From Octopus sinensis (Eukaryota): DNA of 64,000 bases. The DNA is taken from contig NC_043013.1 of assembly GCF_006345805.1 (NCBI RefSeq), positions 6,138,001 to 6,202,000 on the forward strand, given 5' to 3'. The notes under the pieces are model-generated. The model was not told the origin of the DNA, did not search any database, and worked only from the letters and a program-made list of their open reading frames with translations. Shown here one piece after another: positions 53,291-64,000 of this stretch (the stretch's first letter is position 1; each line of letters begins with the position of its first letter). A program made the translations under genes and the position numbers.

Positions 53291-53671
53291 GGAGGCGCAA
53301 TGGCCCAGTGGTTAGGGCAGCGGACTCGCAGTCATAGGATCGCGGTTTCGATTCCCAGACCGGGCGTTGTGAGTGTTTATTGAGCGAAAACACCTAAAAG
53401 CTCCACGAGGCCACGGCAGGGGATGGTGGTGATCCCTGCTGTACTCTTTCACCACAACTTTCTCTCACTCTTACTTCCTGTTTCTGTTGTACCTGTATTT
53501 CAAAGGGCCGGCCTTGTCACTCTCTGTGTCACGCTGAATATCCCCGAGAACTACGTTAAGGGTACACGTGTCTGTGGAGTGCTCAGCCACTTACACGTTA
53601 ATTTCATGAGCAGGCTGTTCCGTTGATTCGGATCAACCGGAACCCTCGTCGTCGTAACCGACGGAGTGCTT
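53291..53671 (+). mobile_element. tRNA-derived SINE
   Basis: tRNA-like head with A box TGGCCCAGTGG and B box GGTTTCGATTCCC. No proper acceptor stem. Long CpG-rich non-tRNA body. Confidence 0.8.
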
Positions 53672-53960
53672 CCATTCCCATCATGCAACAGATATCCAAC
53701 CAACACTTCCAAAATTCACACAGCCGAATGTGAATACATATTTATCCCATTGTACCCATGTGTATGTTACGAGCAATACCACAGAAACTGCAGTATTTCA
53801 ATCTTTTTGCCTACATAAAAAAGTGTGTTACTGTCTGGGAGATTCTTATGGGAGTAGAAAAGGAATTTTGAACTCCTATTTCTTAATTAGGTATGTGGTG
53901 AAGCAATTAGCTGACCCCTAATTATAATTATGTTTATAATTATAGAATATTTGTATATAT

Positions 53961-54002
<42 letters not shown>

Positions 54003-54077
54003 CACACACACATACACACACACATATAATTGGAATGATAATGGATTAAAGAAAATAATGAAATTGATGTAAATAGG

Positions 54078-54455
54078 CACAGGAGTGGCTGTGTGGTAAG
54101 TAGCTTGCTAACCAACCACATGGTTCCGGGTTCAGTCCCATTGCGTGGGATCTTGGGCAAGTGTCTTCTGCTATAGCCCCGGGCCGACCAATGCCTTGTG
54201 AGTGGATTTGGTAGACGGAAACTAAAAGAAGCCTGTCGTATATGTGTGTGTGTATGTGTTTGTCCCCTAGCATTGCTTGACAACTGATGCTGGTGTGTTT
54301 ATGTCTCCGTCACATAGCGGTTCGGCAAAAGAGACTGATAAATAAGTACTGGGCTTACAAAGAATAAGTCCCGGGGTCGATTTGCTCAACTAAAGGCGGT
54401 GCTCCAGCACGGCCGCAGTCAAATGACTGAAACAAGTAAAAGAGTAAAAGAGTAA
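54078..54455 (+). mobile_element. tRNA-derived SINE family B, representative copy
   Basis: caggagtggctgtgtggtaag...gggttcagtccc head, internal (TA/TG)n, aagtaaaagagtaaaagagta tail. Further copies near 5157, 14905, 15690, 22326, 40636, 45660 and 59128 (+), and 12170, 17845, 19345, 26540, 41190, 42720, 46890 and 58600 (-). Confidence 0.85.
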
Positions 54456-55598
54456 CTAGACACTTCTTGGACTGCTTCCTTCTGAGAATGGATCTTTGTA
54501 CCTGAAATATAAAGGCTTTTGTAAAATTTCAGCAGTGTTAGACGTTTTCTTTGTTTTCCTTTTCTTTTTCTATTTCTGTACTACAATGCTTCAAGCAAAC
54601 TACAACACTCTTATTTATATTTTTAGTTTTGGTATGAGTGCTCTTTGACCAAGCCTACATTAACTCTTCTAAAATTCACTTGGTTAGAGAAGGAGGGCAA
54701 CATTAGGGAAGATCCTCTTTCTTGTACCTTCAGGATCCACCCTGGTCTCTATTTGCAGGTCCACCTTAGTTAACTCCCACCTCCTCTTCTATAACGTGAG
54801 TTGCCCTGTATCTCTTCTGCAGTAAAAGCCCCGTTCCATCTTCTGTCTTCATACTCTAATCATTCATCACCAGCATAATATTGCCTCCCTCTTTGTGTAG
54901 TCCAGCTTAGTCAAAAGAGGCCTTAGTCTTATAAGTTATATGGCAACTGGGGCCACTACAGCTGGGGCCACAAACATCAAATAAAAACACTAGTGCTATC
55001 TGCAAAGTGGTTGGCACTAGGAAGGGCATCCAGCTGTAGTAACCATGGCAAAGCAGACATTGGAGCATAACACAGTCTTTGGACCTTTCGGATCCTATCA
55101 AACCATCCAAGTCAAGCCAGCATGGAAGATGGAAATTAAATGATGGTGATGGTGGTGGTGGTGGTGATGATGAGGATGATGACAGTGATGATGATAATGG
55201 TTACAATGACAGTGGTGTTGCTGTTGTCATCATTGCCACCATCAACCTTCTTCCGCAGAGTTTCCCTTGTATTATGTATGTACATTGTCTATTAGCCTGC
55301 AGTTAAAACTGTGGTGACATAGACCTGCTTGATCTGACAAATACTTTGGAACTGACCAATAAATCAGCTTTGTTCTATTTTTTTCCATTAGTCATGGTCA
55401 GTGCTCTTTGGATTGGTTCGTTTGTACTTGGAAGGCAGGACTTGAAATATCTGGTATTTTCAAAGGAAGATATCTTGTTTTACCGTAACAAAATTACATG
55501 CAGATTTTTCTTATGAAATTAATACATGAAGTTGATATATGATGATGTAGATATGTTTGTGGAATATATGACCGACCATGTGTGTGTGTGTGTATAAA

Positions 55599-56462
55599 CA
55601 GAGTACGATGGGTAAATTGTTGCCATTTTACATTTTTAATTTCATGCCTGCATATTGTTTGTTTTTGATTTTGTTGACTACACAGTATAGTAGGGTCGGT
55701 TGGGTACTGTCTGTGAGAAAAACTGCACCAGGATGCAATTCACTCTGCCAGAAATTTCAAAACAACATGCTATACTGCTTGGCATTCGCACCGGAAGCTC
55801 CAGTCAGAACATTTCAGAGTGTTTGGGTGTCAATCTGAGGACAGTGCAATCTGAGTACATGTACTGAGAGTAACAAAAACCAAACATCCAGTCAACATCA
55901 TGGTGTTTGGAGTGATCACTAGTGATGATAACATTATGCCTCCATTCACCTTCCCACACAGCCTCAAACTCAAACACGGAGGCCTATATCAAGGGCCTTG
56001 AGGAGGTAGTGCTGCCCTCAGTCAAGAGGGTGGCTGCTGGAAGACCCTATATCTGGCAACAGAACTCTGCACCATGACACACAAGGAGGAGAACCCAGTC
56101 ATGGCTGTCAGACAATTTCTTCGACCACATGACCCCTAACATCTAGCCATCTAACTCTCCAAATTGCAACCCCCTTGATTATTATGTGTGCGGCACAGTT
56201 GAGTGAGTGACCATGAACTAAAGGCAAGAATTATGGCAGCATTTACCAGCATAAACAAAGAGATCCTCCAGAAGAGTCACAGGAGATTCCGAAATTGTCT
56301 GGAGGCTGTGGTTGAAGCCAATGGCGATTTTATTGAATGAATTTACTCTTTAGTATTTCAAGATATTTTTTTGTAATTTTGGTAAACATATCTGTTAGAA
56401 TGAGATGGCAGTGTTATTTTCCTTTTTGCATAATTTAGATGACAGTTTACTCACTGCACCCT

Positions 56463-56463
<1 letters not shown>
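55599..56463 (+). mobile_element. Degraded Tc1/mariner (maT-like) element with both TIRs
   Basis: Imperfect TIRs cagagtacgatgggtaaattgt and acagtttactcactgcaccctg followed by TA. Internal remnants HPVNIMVFGVITSD, WQQNSAP*HT and SNSPNCNPLDYY. Confidence 0.8.
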
Positions 56464-56511
<48 letters not shown>

Positions 56512-56545
56512 TACACATTTTATATATATAATTATGTTGAGCGCA

Positions 56546-56582
<37 letters not shown>

Positions 56583-57134
56583 TTGGAGAGAGAATCAGAA
56601 TCGAAATCGATCAATGGAAATTGCAGCTGAGTTACCATTGCCGGTGGCACGTAAGAGAACCATCCGAACGTGGCTGTTGCCAGCCCCGCCCTGACTGGCC
56701 TCGTGCCGGTGGCACGTAAAAAGCACCATCTGTTCATGGCCGTTGCTAGCGCCGCCCCGACTGGCCTCATGCCAGTGGCACGTAAAAAGCACCATCCGTT
56801 CGTGGCCGTTGCCAGCCTCGCCTGGCCCCCGTGCCAGTGGCACGTAAAAAGCACCATCCGTTCGTGGCCGTTGCCAGCCTTGCCTGGCCCCCGTGCCGGT
56901 GGCACATAAAAAGCACCCACAACACTCATGGAGTGGTTGGCGTTAAGAAGGGCATCCAGCCGTAGAAACATTGCCAGTTCAAACTGGGCCTGGTGCAGCT
57001 TTCTGGCTTCCCAGACTCCAGTTGAACCGTCCAACCCATGCTAGCATGGAAAGTGGACGCTAAACGATGATGATGATGATGATATATATATATATATATA
57101 ATGGAATAATTACTATGAAGCATTGCGTAGAATA

Positions 57135-57727
57135 TATTGCATAAAAGATTGTGGCTAAGACCAAAACAAGGCAAAGTAAATGCAAGGTAAATCACAAGAA
57201 AACAAATATGTGAATTAATGTAGACTTACCTTGTATTCAATATTTCAGAGTTATGACCCCATTTTCAAGAAATTGATGAATGTTGCCGATGTGTGTGTAT
57301 GTGAGCATGTGTGGAGTGGTCATATACAGAAGGATGTTGCTATAGCAGGCAGCAAGCTTCCTGTAACTCCCTTCTATTGTTGATCTTCGGTTTCTTTTGG
57401 TGTATGAGGAGGGCCTCAGAGATTCTGGAACAGGGGCAACTGTAGAATCTCTGAGGCCATCCTCACACACCAAAAGAAACCTAAGATCAACAATAGAAAG
57501 GAGTTACAGGAAGCTAGCTGCTTGCTATAGCAACACCTTTCCGTGCATGTACACTCCACACACACGCATATCGGCAGTATTCGCCAATTTCTTGAAAATG
57601 GGGTTCATAACTCCAAAATATTGAATACTAGGTGAGTCTACATTAATTCACATATTTGTTTTTTTTGTGATTTACCTTGCATTTACTTCGCATTGCTTTG
57701 GCCTTACCCACGATCTTTTGTACAATA
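57135..57727. mobile_element. Foldback element with ~290-bp arms
   Basis: 57135-57428 is inverted at 57446-57727, centred on ctcagagattct...agaatctctgag. Related to 60793-61092. Confidence 0.85.
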
Positions 57728-57748
57728 CACACACACACACACACACAT

Positions 57749-57788
<40 letters not shown>

Positions 57789-57803
57789 TTATTATATAGA
57801 AGG

Positions 57804-57854
57804 AGCTTCTACAGGACTAGAACTGTTTCATTCAAAAGAAATCATCAGAAAGCT
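57804..57854 (-). ncRNA. Mirror-image hammerhead motif on the minus strand
   Basis: Same motif as 57879-57929. The single palindrome mismatch turns a stem I C-G pair into U.G. Confidence 0.6.
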
Positions 57855-57878
57855 AGTTGACAAGAACTCTTGTCAACT

Positions 57879-57929
57879 AGCTTCCTGATGATTTCTTTTG
57901 AATGAAACAGTTCTAGTCCTGTAGAAGCT
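57879..57929 (+). ncRNA. Candidate minimal type I hammerhead ribozyme
   Basis: AGCTTC-CTGATGA-T TTC TTTT GAA T-GAAA-CAG TTCTAGTC CTG-TA^GAAGCT. Stem I 6 bp, full core, stem III 4 bp, GUA site. The 10.1/11.1 position is U.U. Confidence 0.65.
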
Positions 57930-58011
57930 CCTTCTATATAATAAATTAATTTACTCTGCTATGTATTGAGTACCTTATTTACTGTGGTTAACCCCGACTC
58001 AACCCGGGACC

Positions 58012-58061
<50 letters not shown>

Positions 58062-58905
58062 AATATATATATATAGAACTTTCACCTAATTAAATTACTT
58101 AAATTACTTAAATTATTTTGTCAGCATTTCTTCATTTCTTTATATATATATATATATATTATATATATCTTTATCTGTCTATCATCATCATTATCACTTA
58201 ACGTTCGGTTTTCATGCTGGCATGATTTGGACAGTTTGACTGGGGACTGGCAAGCCAGGAGGCCGCACCAGGCTCCAATCTGATCTGGCAGTGTTTCTAC
58301 AGCTGGATGCCTTTCCTAACACCAACTACTCTGAGAGTGTAGTGGATGCTTTTTATGCACCACTGGCACAAGACCCAGTCAGGTGGCACTGGCATTGGCC
58401 ATGTTTGGATGGTGCTTATTGTGTGCCACTGACACAGAAGCCAGTCGGGGCAGAGAGGCTGGTATCAACCATGTTCGGATGGTGCTTATTACATGCCACC
58501 GGGATGGGGAGCCAGTCAGGTGGCACTGGTATCAGCCATATATATATATATATATATAGTATACATATCTTTTATCCTTTATTTTTCAGTCATTATATTG
58601 TGGGCTTATTTTTTTAAAGTCTGTTACCAATTCTCTTGGTCTCATTTGCTGAACCACTATGATACAGAGATGTAAATGCACCAGCACTGGTTGTCAAGCG
58701 GCATGGTGGTGGTGGTGGTGGGGGGAGACAAACACAGACACCAAAAGATACACATAAATATAAATAAATATATATATATATATATATAATATATATATAT
58801 ATATATACCAGAGTAAACATATAAATGTGAAACAAGGTGGAAAAAAGAGTACTCAAATACCAGAGGTAGAGTAATATGCTTTATTTAAAAGCAGCAGAAA
58901 TTTGA

Positions 58906-58954
58906 CAAAAGCTGTTACTCGGAGTTTCACGTTCCCGTTCATCGGACAGTTTTG
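58906..58954 (-). ncRNA. Candidate hammerhead ribozyme with a U4C core
   Basis: Minus strand reads CAAAACTGT-CCGATGA-ACG GGAA CGT-GAAA-CT CCG AG-TA^ACAG c TTTTG. Stem I 9 bp with a 1-nt bulge, perfect 3-bp stem II. Confidence 0.55.
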
Positions 58955-60693
58955 TTAAAATAGAACAAAACTGTTGTATTTTAACAAAACTGTCCGACGA
59001 ACAGGAACGTGAACACATCTTTAATGATATATATATATATCATTAAAGATGTGTTAAAGAATTTTTTATTTGTCTGTTTATCATTTGTGTATGTATGTGT
59101 GTGTATATATACATATATATACATACAGGGCACAGGTGTAGCTGTGTGGTAAGAAGCTTGCTTCCCAACCACATGGTTCCAAGTTCAATCCCACTGTGTG
59201 GCACCTTGGGTAAGTGTCTTTTACTATAGCCTTGGGCTGACCAAAGCCTTGTGAGTGGATTTGGTAGACAGAAACTGAAAGAAGCCCGTTGTATTTATGT
59301 ATATATATATGTGTGTGTGTGTTTGTGTTCATCCCCCCAACATCGCTTGACAACCGATGCTGGTGTGTTTACTTCCCCCGTAACTTAGCGGTTCGGCAAA
59401 AGGGACTGATAGAATAAATGTTAGGCAAGTCCTGGGGTTGATTTGTTCATCCAAAGGTAGTGTTGCAGCATGGCCGCAAACAAATGCCTGAAAGAAGTAA
59501 AAGAATAAAAGAAATGTATATATATATATATGAAAAAGTGTATGCTATGTGTGTATTTGTATTATCATTGTGCTGTGTTATTAGCTTAGCTCCAGTGTTA
59601 ACTGACTTTGTTGTGAGGAATTCTGTGGAAGATGGATGTGTCACCTACATGCATCCCCACCCATGCACAACGCACACACACACACATTCTGTATTGATTG
59701 ACAGTATGTGTGCATGATGAGTGTGTGTATATAAATATCAAAGTATATTAAAGTCCTGCAGGGGCATTTGTTTTAAATTAGCTCCATTTGTTGTTTTGAT
59801 TGATGGCTTAGATGTCAGACCAATGAATGGTATCAAGTACCTTGTTATTCTCTGTGGCAAGTGGGTGGTGAACAAGGGTGATGGGCAGATGGTTGGCCCC
59901 AGCAGTCATGTGAACCCAGTAATTTCAATATTCGGTACAACTTTAATATCTTTGAGTGACCCCGATTAAACATTATGATTGATATTTTGACCTCATTCTT
60001 TATTCCTTCTCTCTGATTTATGAAGGAATTTAATATATGTCTTGATTCATTCATCTCCATTCCCCTTCATTATCACAGCTGGGGTCTCATCCTAACCCTT
60101 TACACTTCAACCTTTAGCTTCCGTCTACCAAATCCCATCTCAAGGCTTTGGTTAGCCCATAGAATAGGAAATACTTGCTGAAGGTGCCATACAAAGGGAC
60201 TGAACCTAGAACCATGTGGTCAGGAAGGAAACTCAAACACAGCCACACGTGCATCTTTAGTGTGTGTGTGTGTGTATGTGTAAATCTTTGTTTTTAAGTT
60301 CAGTTGTAATAAAAACAATTTTACACTAATCCGATTGGTTACTCTATACTTTTGGAGAGTACAAATTTATTATTCTTAAACGAGAATATTATTGACAGTG
60401 ACTTTGAAGTTTCGGCCAGCTAAGCCATTTTTGGACTGTTAAGCCATCGACCAGCTCAGTCATTGTCTAATGATGGGTTGGCTGGCTGAAACTTCAAAGT
60501 TCCCCTCAATAGCACTCTTGTATAAGAATAATATTGCGGAGTGGTTGGCGTTAGGAAGGGCATCCACTTGTAGAAACTCTGCCAGATCAGACTGGAACCT
60601 GTTGCAGCCCCTGGCTTCCCAGACCCCGGTCGAACCGTCCAACCCGTGCTAGTGTGGAAAACGGACGTTAAACGATGATGATGATGATACATG

Positions 60694-60747
<54 letters not shown>

Positions 60748-60792
60748 TACATATGTTATAATGGAATAATTACTGTGAGACATTGTTTAGAA

Positions 60793-61090
60793 TATATTGT
60801 ATAAAGGATTGTGGGTAAGGCCAGAACAATGTGGAGTAAATGCAAGGTAAATCCCAAGAAAACAATTATATGAATTAATGTAGTCTTACATTGCATTCAC
60901 TATTTCAGGGTTATGACCCCATTTTCAAGAAACTGACGAATGTTGCTGTCAGTTTCTTGAAAATGGGGTCACCACCCTGAAATATTGAATGCAAGGTAAG
61001 TCTACATTAATTCACATATTTGCTTTCTTGGGATTTACCTTGCATTTACTTCACATTGTTCTGGCCTTACCCACAATCCTTCGTACAATA

Positions 61091-61092
<2 letters not shown>
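60793..61092. mobile_element. Shorter foldback of the same family as 57135-57727
   Basis: Arms of about 145 bp, centre aagaaactgac-gaatgttgct-gtcagtttctt. Confidence 0.85.
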
Positions 61093-61126
<34 letters not shown>

Positions 61127-61212
61127 TTGAGGGAATATTATTCCTAACTTACAGGGAAAAATTCAATTTAGAAATACTAAATCAAATTTCACAAAATATA
61201 ATATATGTATAA

Positions 61213-61498
61213 AAATTAGAAAAAACCACCTTTTATCAATTCAAAATGAACAATTAAATTACACCATCTAGAAAATTACATATAATGGAAATATTATAAT
61301 TAAAATAAGAATAATATACCGATGATTAAGTAAATTGCAAAATAATAATAAAAACGTTTTTATTATTATTTTGCAATTTACTTAATCATCAGTATATTAT
61401 TCTTATTTTAATTATAATATTTCCATTATATGTAATTTTCTAGATGGTGTAATTTAATTGTTCATTTTGAATTGATAAAAGGTGGTTTTTTTCTAATT

Positions 61499-61499
<1 letters not shown>
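61213..61499. repeat. ~287-bp loopless palindrome
   Basis: Centred between 61355 and 61356 (AAAAC|GTTTT). One substitution (ccgatg/ctgatg) and one T-run indel over ~143-bp arms. Confidence 0.95.
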
Positions 61500-61553
<54 letters not shown>

Positions 61554-61979
61554 ATCTTCATTGTCATTGTCATCATTGTTTTAAAGGGTTTTATTGAGAA
61601 GTTCATTGAGGCAGATTTTCTATGGCCAGCTGCCCTTCCTGTTGCCAATCTTTGCTTGTGTCTAAGGGAGGTAATATTTTTCCATGGTTAATTATTGGAA
61701 ATAAATTCATTTATAACAATTTTGCAATGTCAAGACAGGGGAACAAAAGCATACTACACTCACACAAATACACTTACATCCATGCATGCGTACATATATA
61801 CATACACGATAGCCTTTCATTTGCTGTCTTTCAAATCCTCTTACAAGGCTTTAGTTGGCCTGGATCTATAGTAGAAGACATAAAGGTGCCTTGCATTGGG
61901 ATTGAACCTGAAACCATATGGTTGAGAAGCAGACTTCTTAAGCAAGCAAGTGCTCTTAACCACTATGCCATATGCCCAC

Positions 61980-62050
61980 GGGCATATGGCGTAGTGGTTA
62001 AGAGCGCGGGCTACTAACCCCAAGATTCCGAGTTCGATTCCAGGCAGTGA

Positions 62051-62088
<38 letters not shown>

Positions 62089-62218
62089 GCAATGAAAAAT
62101 GCCTTAGGAATGAGAACCCAGGTTCGAAGGCTGGAGGGTATGTCAGCCGAAACGTTGTGTTAACAACAAACAAGATGAGGACAAATATCTGTCAAATGTA
62201 AATAATGTAAATAATGTA
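61980..62218 (+). mobile_element. tRNA-headed SINE with internal (AAT)n, hammerhead-like remnant and (AATGTAAAT) tail
   Basis: A box TGGCGTAGTGG and B box GAGTTCGATTCC. 3' part GGCTG..CAGCC-GAAACGTT-GTGTT. Terminal tandem aatgtaaat. Confidence 0.7.
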
Positions 62219-62557
62219 CCTAAAGTTATATTTAATTTGTTATATATTATTACCTGGCCAAAAGATATTAAGATATAAGGTAATTATATCCCTACATTGT
62301 ATATGTTTCAACCAAATTGTACTTAGGAATAGCAATTTTAAATCTTAAAAAAATGTTCCAAACTTGTGACCACAACTGTTATGTGGAAATTGAAAGGAAT
62401 CTAGGCATGGATGAATGGCTCTGTTATTTGCTAGGCATGGACTTTTTTATCTTATGGGTGATGATGCAGTTCTCACCTGATATTTTCATCTCTCTTCTTT
62501 CATTCTATTTCATTTTAATCCCATTCTCAATCTTATTTTATTCCGTATGTTTTGCAG

Positions 62558-62693
62558 CTATCTTTGGCCAGTACCTTAAGGAAACCATGTTGTATGAGCA
62601 CAATAATAAAACCAAAAGGAAAGTTCCTTATATAATTGAAGCTTGTGTCAAATTTCTTGAAGAACATGGATTGGAAACTGAGGGTGTATATAG
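62558..62693 (+). CDS. ARHGAP24: ARHGAP22/24/25-family exon, start of the RhoGAP domain; gene continues beyond the window
   Basis: Acceptor tttgcag at 62557 and phase-2 donor AG|GTAATT at 62694. In frame with the previous exon: GG-A-IFGQYLKETMLYEHNNKTKRKVPYIIEACVKFLEEHGLETEGVYR, ending at the arginine-finger motif EG.[FY]R. Confidence 0.92.
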
Positions 62694-63654
62694 GTAATTA
62701 TAAATTCTTTTGATTTACACAAACACAGCCACATGCACCCCCTCCATGCATGCACACATGTATATGCCCTTATTTCTCTGGGATGCCCTCTAGACATTCT
62801 TTCCCTTACTGCACTCACTACATCTATCCACATCTCCCCCAAACCCTCTCTCTCCCCATCCCCATCCCATTATGTCCCCAGTCAGGATTTCTCCATTGCC
62901 TCTCCGGCTGGGATGCTTTCTCAATATTCACACCCTGCTTTTCCCTATCTCCGCTACCTCTTTGGCCCCTCTTTCCCTCATTGTTCTTCGGCTTCTCTTT
63001 CCCATATTGTTCTCATTGTACACTCCCACTGCTCCCTTATCCTCTGTCACATTTTCTTTGACTGCATTCTACCTACAGCTTCTCTGCCCCTCAACATTCC
63101 TCACCTTTTCCCCTCCCTTTTTGGCCTATGACTCCCTCACCCCTCATTCCTTCAATGACTTTCACAGGACTCTTCACCACCCTAGACCATTGCTCTCTTC
63201 CCTTCCCTCTCTCTCACATCTTCTATCCATACTTGCTCTTATAACACAGAATAGCCCAAGGAACCCTCCTACACAACTAACCCAATCACCTTTCCACTCT
63301 GTCTCCTCCCATTTTCTCAGTAACCTTTGGCACTAAACCCTTCCTCTGCCATTCTCCTCACTCCCCCATTAGTGACTACCCTACTATACTCCCCTATTTT
63401 ATTATAGCTATAAACCCGGTCTTCTAAGCTTACTTAGAATGTGTTTGAATGTTGTGGTTTGTTTGGTTTATTTGTTCCCAAGCAACACCTATTTTAGTGC
63501 TGTTGACACCGCCGGATTGAATGGTACTGCCCAGGTGTCGAAACCATAATGATATCTGTGGGGCAGCTGATGATGGAGGTATGTTGGATTGTTGGTAAGG
63601 CTGTTTTTGTATATGTGGAATAGTGTTATAACACATCCTTTTGATATATGTATA

Positions 63655-63830
63655 TATAAGAGGAGAATTCACAAAAAATCAAAAGACGAAGACAGGTGGT
63701 GTAGACAACACACAGATGTATTAGTTTAACGCACTCGGGAAGTGAAAAAGTTTTTAACGTTTCGAGCCTATGCTCTTTCACAGAAAGGAACACAGAAAGA
63801 AACAAGGAGAGAAAATGGAGAAAAAAAATA
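63655..63830 (-). mobile_element. Second copy of the 22645-22810 element
   Basis: Direct similarity to 22645-22810. Confidence 0.65.
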
Positions 63831-63839
63831 TAAATATAA

Positions 63840-63891
<52 letters not shown>

Positions 63892-64000
63892 GATACATCC
63901 ATTTATCTATATATCTATTTGTACTTAGATCAATCTAACTTTACCTAGCTATGCGTATCTATTTATCTCATTCTCTCATACCTATTCCATTCCTCTCTCT

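Larger units (their letters stand above)
52983..53955. mobile_element. Inverted-repeat element with ~150-bp arms containing a hammerhead motif and a nested SINE
   Basis: caaatattctataattataaacataattataattaggggtcagctaattg...tatgtaggcaaaaaga (52983-53128) is inverted at about 53798-53955. Confidence 0.75.
57787..57946. repeat. Near-perfect 160-bp palindrome (79-bp arms, 2-nt loop, 1 mismatch)
   Basis: Arms 57787-57865 and 57868-57946. The only mismatch is A57849/C57884. TA-rich flanks. Confidence 0.95.

Noticed and set aside
53291-53365. Possible tRNA gene, also at 17146-17210 and 61980-62052
   Set aside because: A and B boxes are present but there is no pairing acceptor stem, and each continues into a SINE body.
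56640-56920. CRISPR-like repeat-spacer appearance of GGTGGCACGTAAAAAGCACC units
   Set aside because: The spacers are homologous variants of each other, the array is part of a dispersed SINE/LINE tail, the context is eukaryotic, and there are no cas genes.
62780-63640. C/T-rich region and following stretch that might be a decayed Penelope RT/GIY-YIG ORF
   Set aside because: I could not recover convincing motifs. It needs a translated search against PLE proteins.

Overview
AT-rich, microsatellite-saturated eukaryotic DNA whose SINE and microsatellite style points to an octopus or other coleoid cephalopod (inference). The only supportable protein-coding content is three + strand exons (about 46.6, 48.3 and 62.6 kb) of a PH + RhoGAP gene of the ARHGAP22/24/25 family, which continues past the window end. 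The rest is intron or upstream DNA filled with tRNA-derived SINEs, Tc1/mariner relics, non-autonomous Helitrons, an R4/Dong-like LINE fragment, a solo LTR, MITE/foldback elements and a ~3.35 kb tandem duplication that may be an assembly artefact. Nearly all listed ORFs are microsatellite read-through. The most interesting signal is a set of sequence-unrelated short elements that carry minimal type I hammerhead-ribozyme motifs. Most sit in inverted-repeat or palindromic structures typical of Penelope-like retroelements. One is a near-perfect 160-bp palindrome in the RhoGAP intron that encodes a hammerhead on each strand. All motifs were read by eye; nothing was folded computationally or searched against databases.
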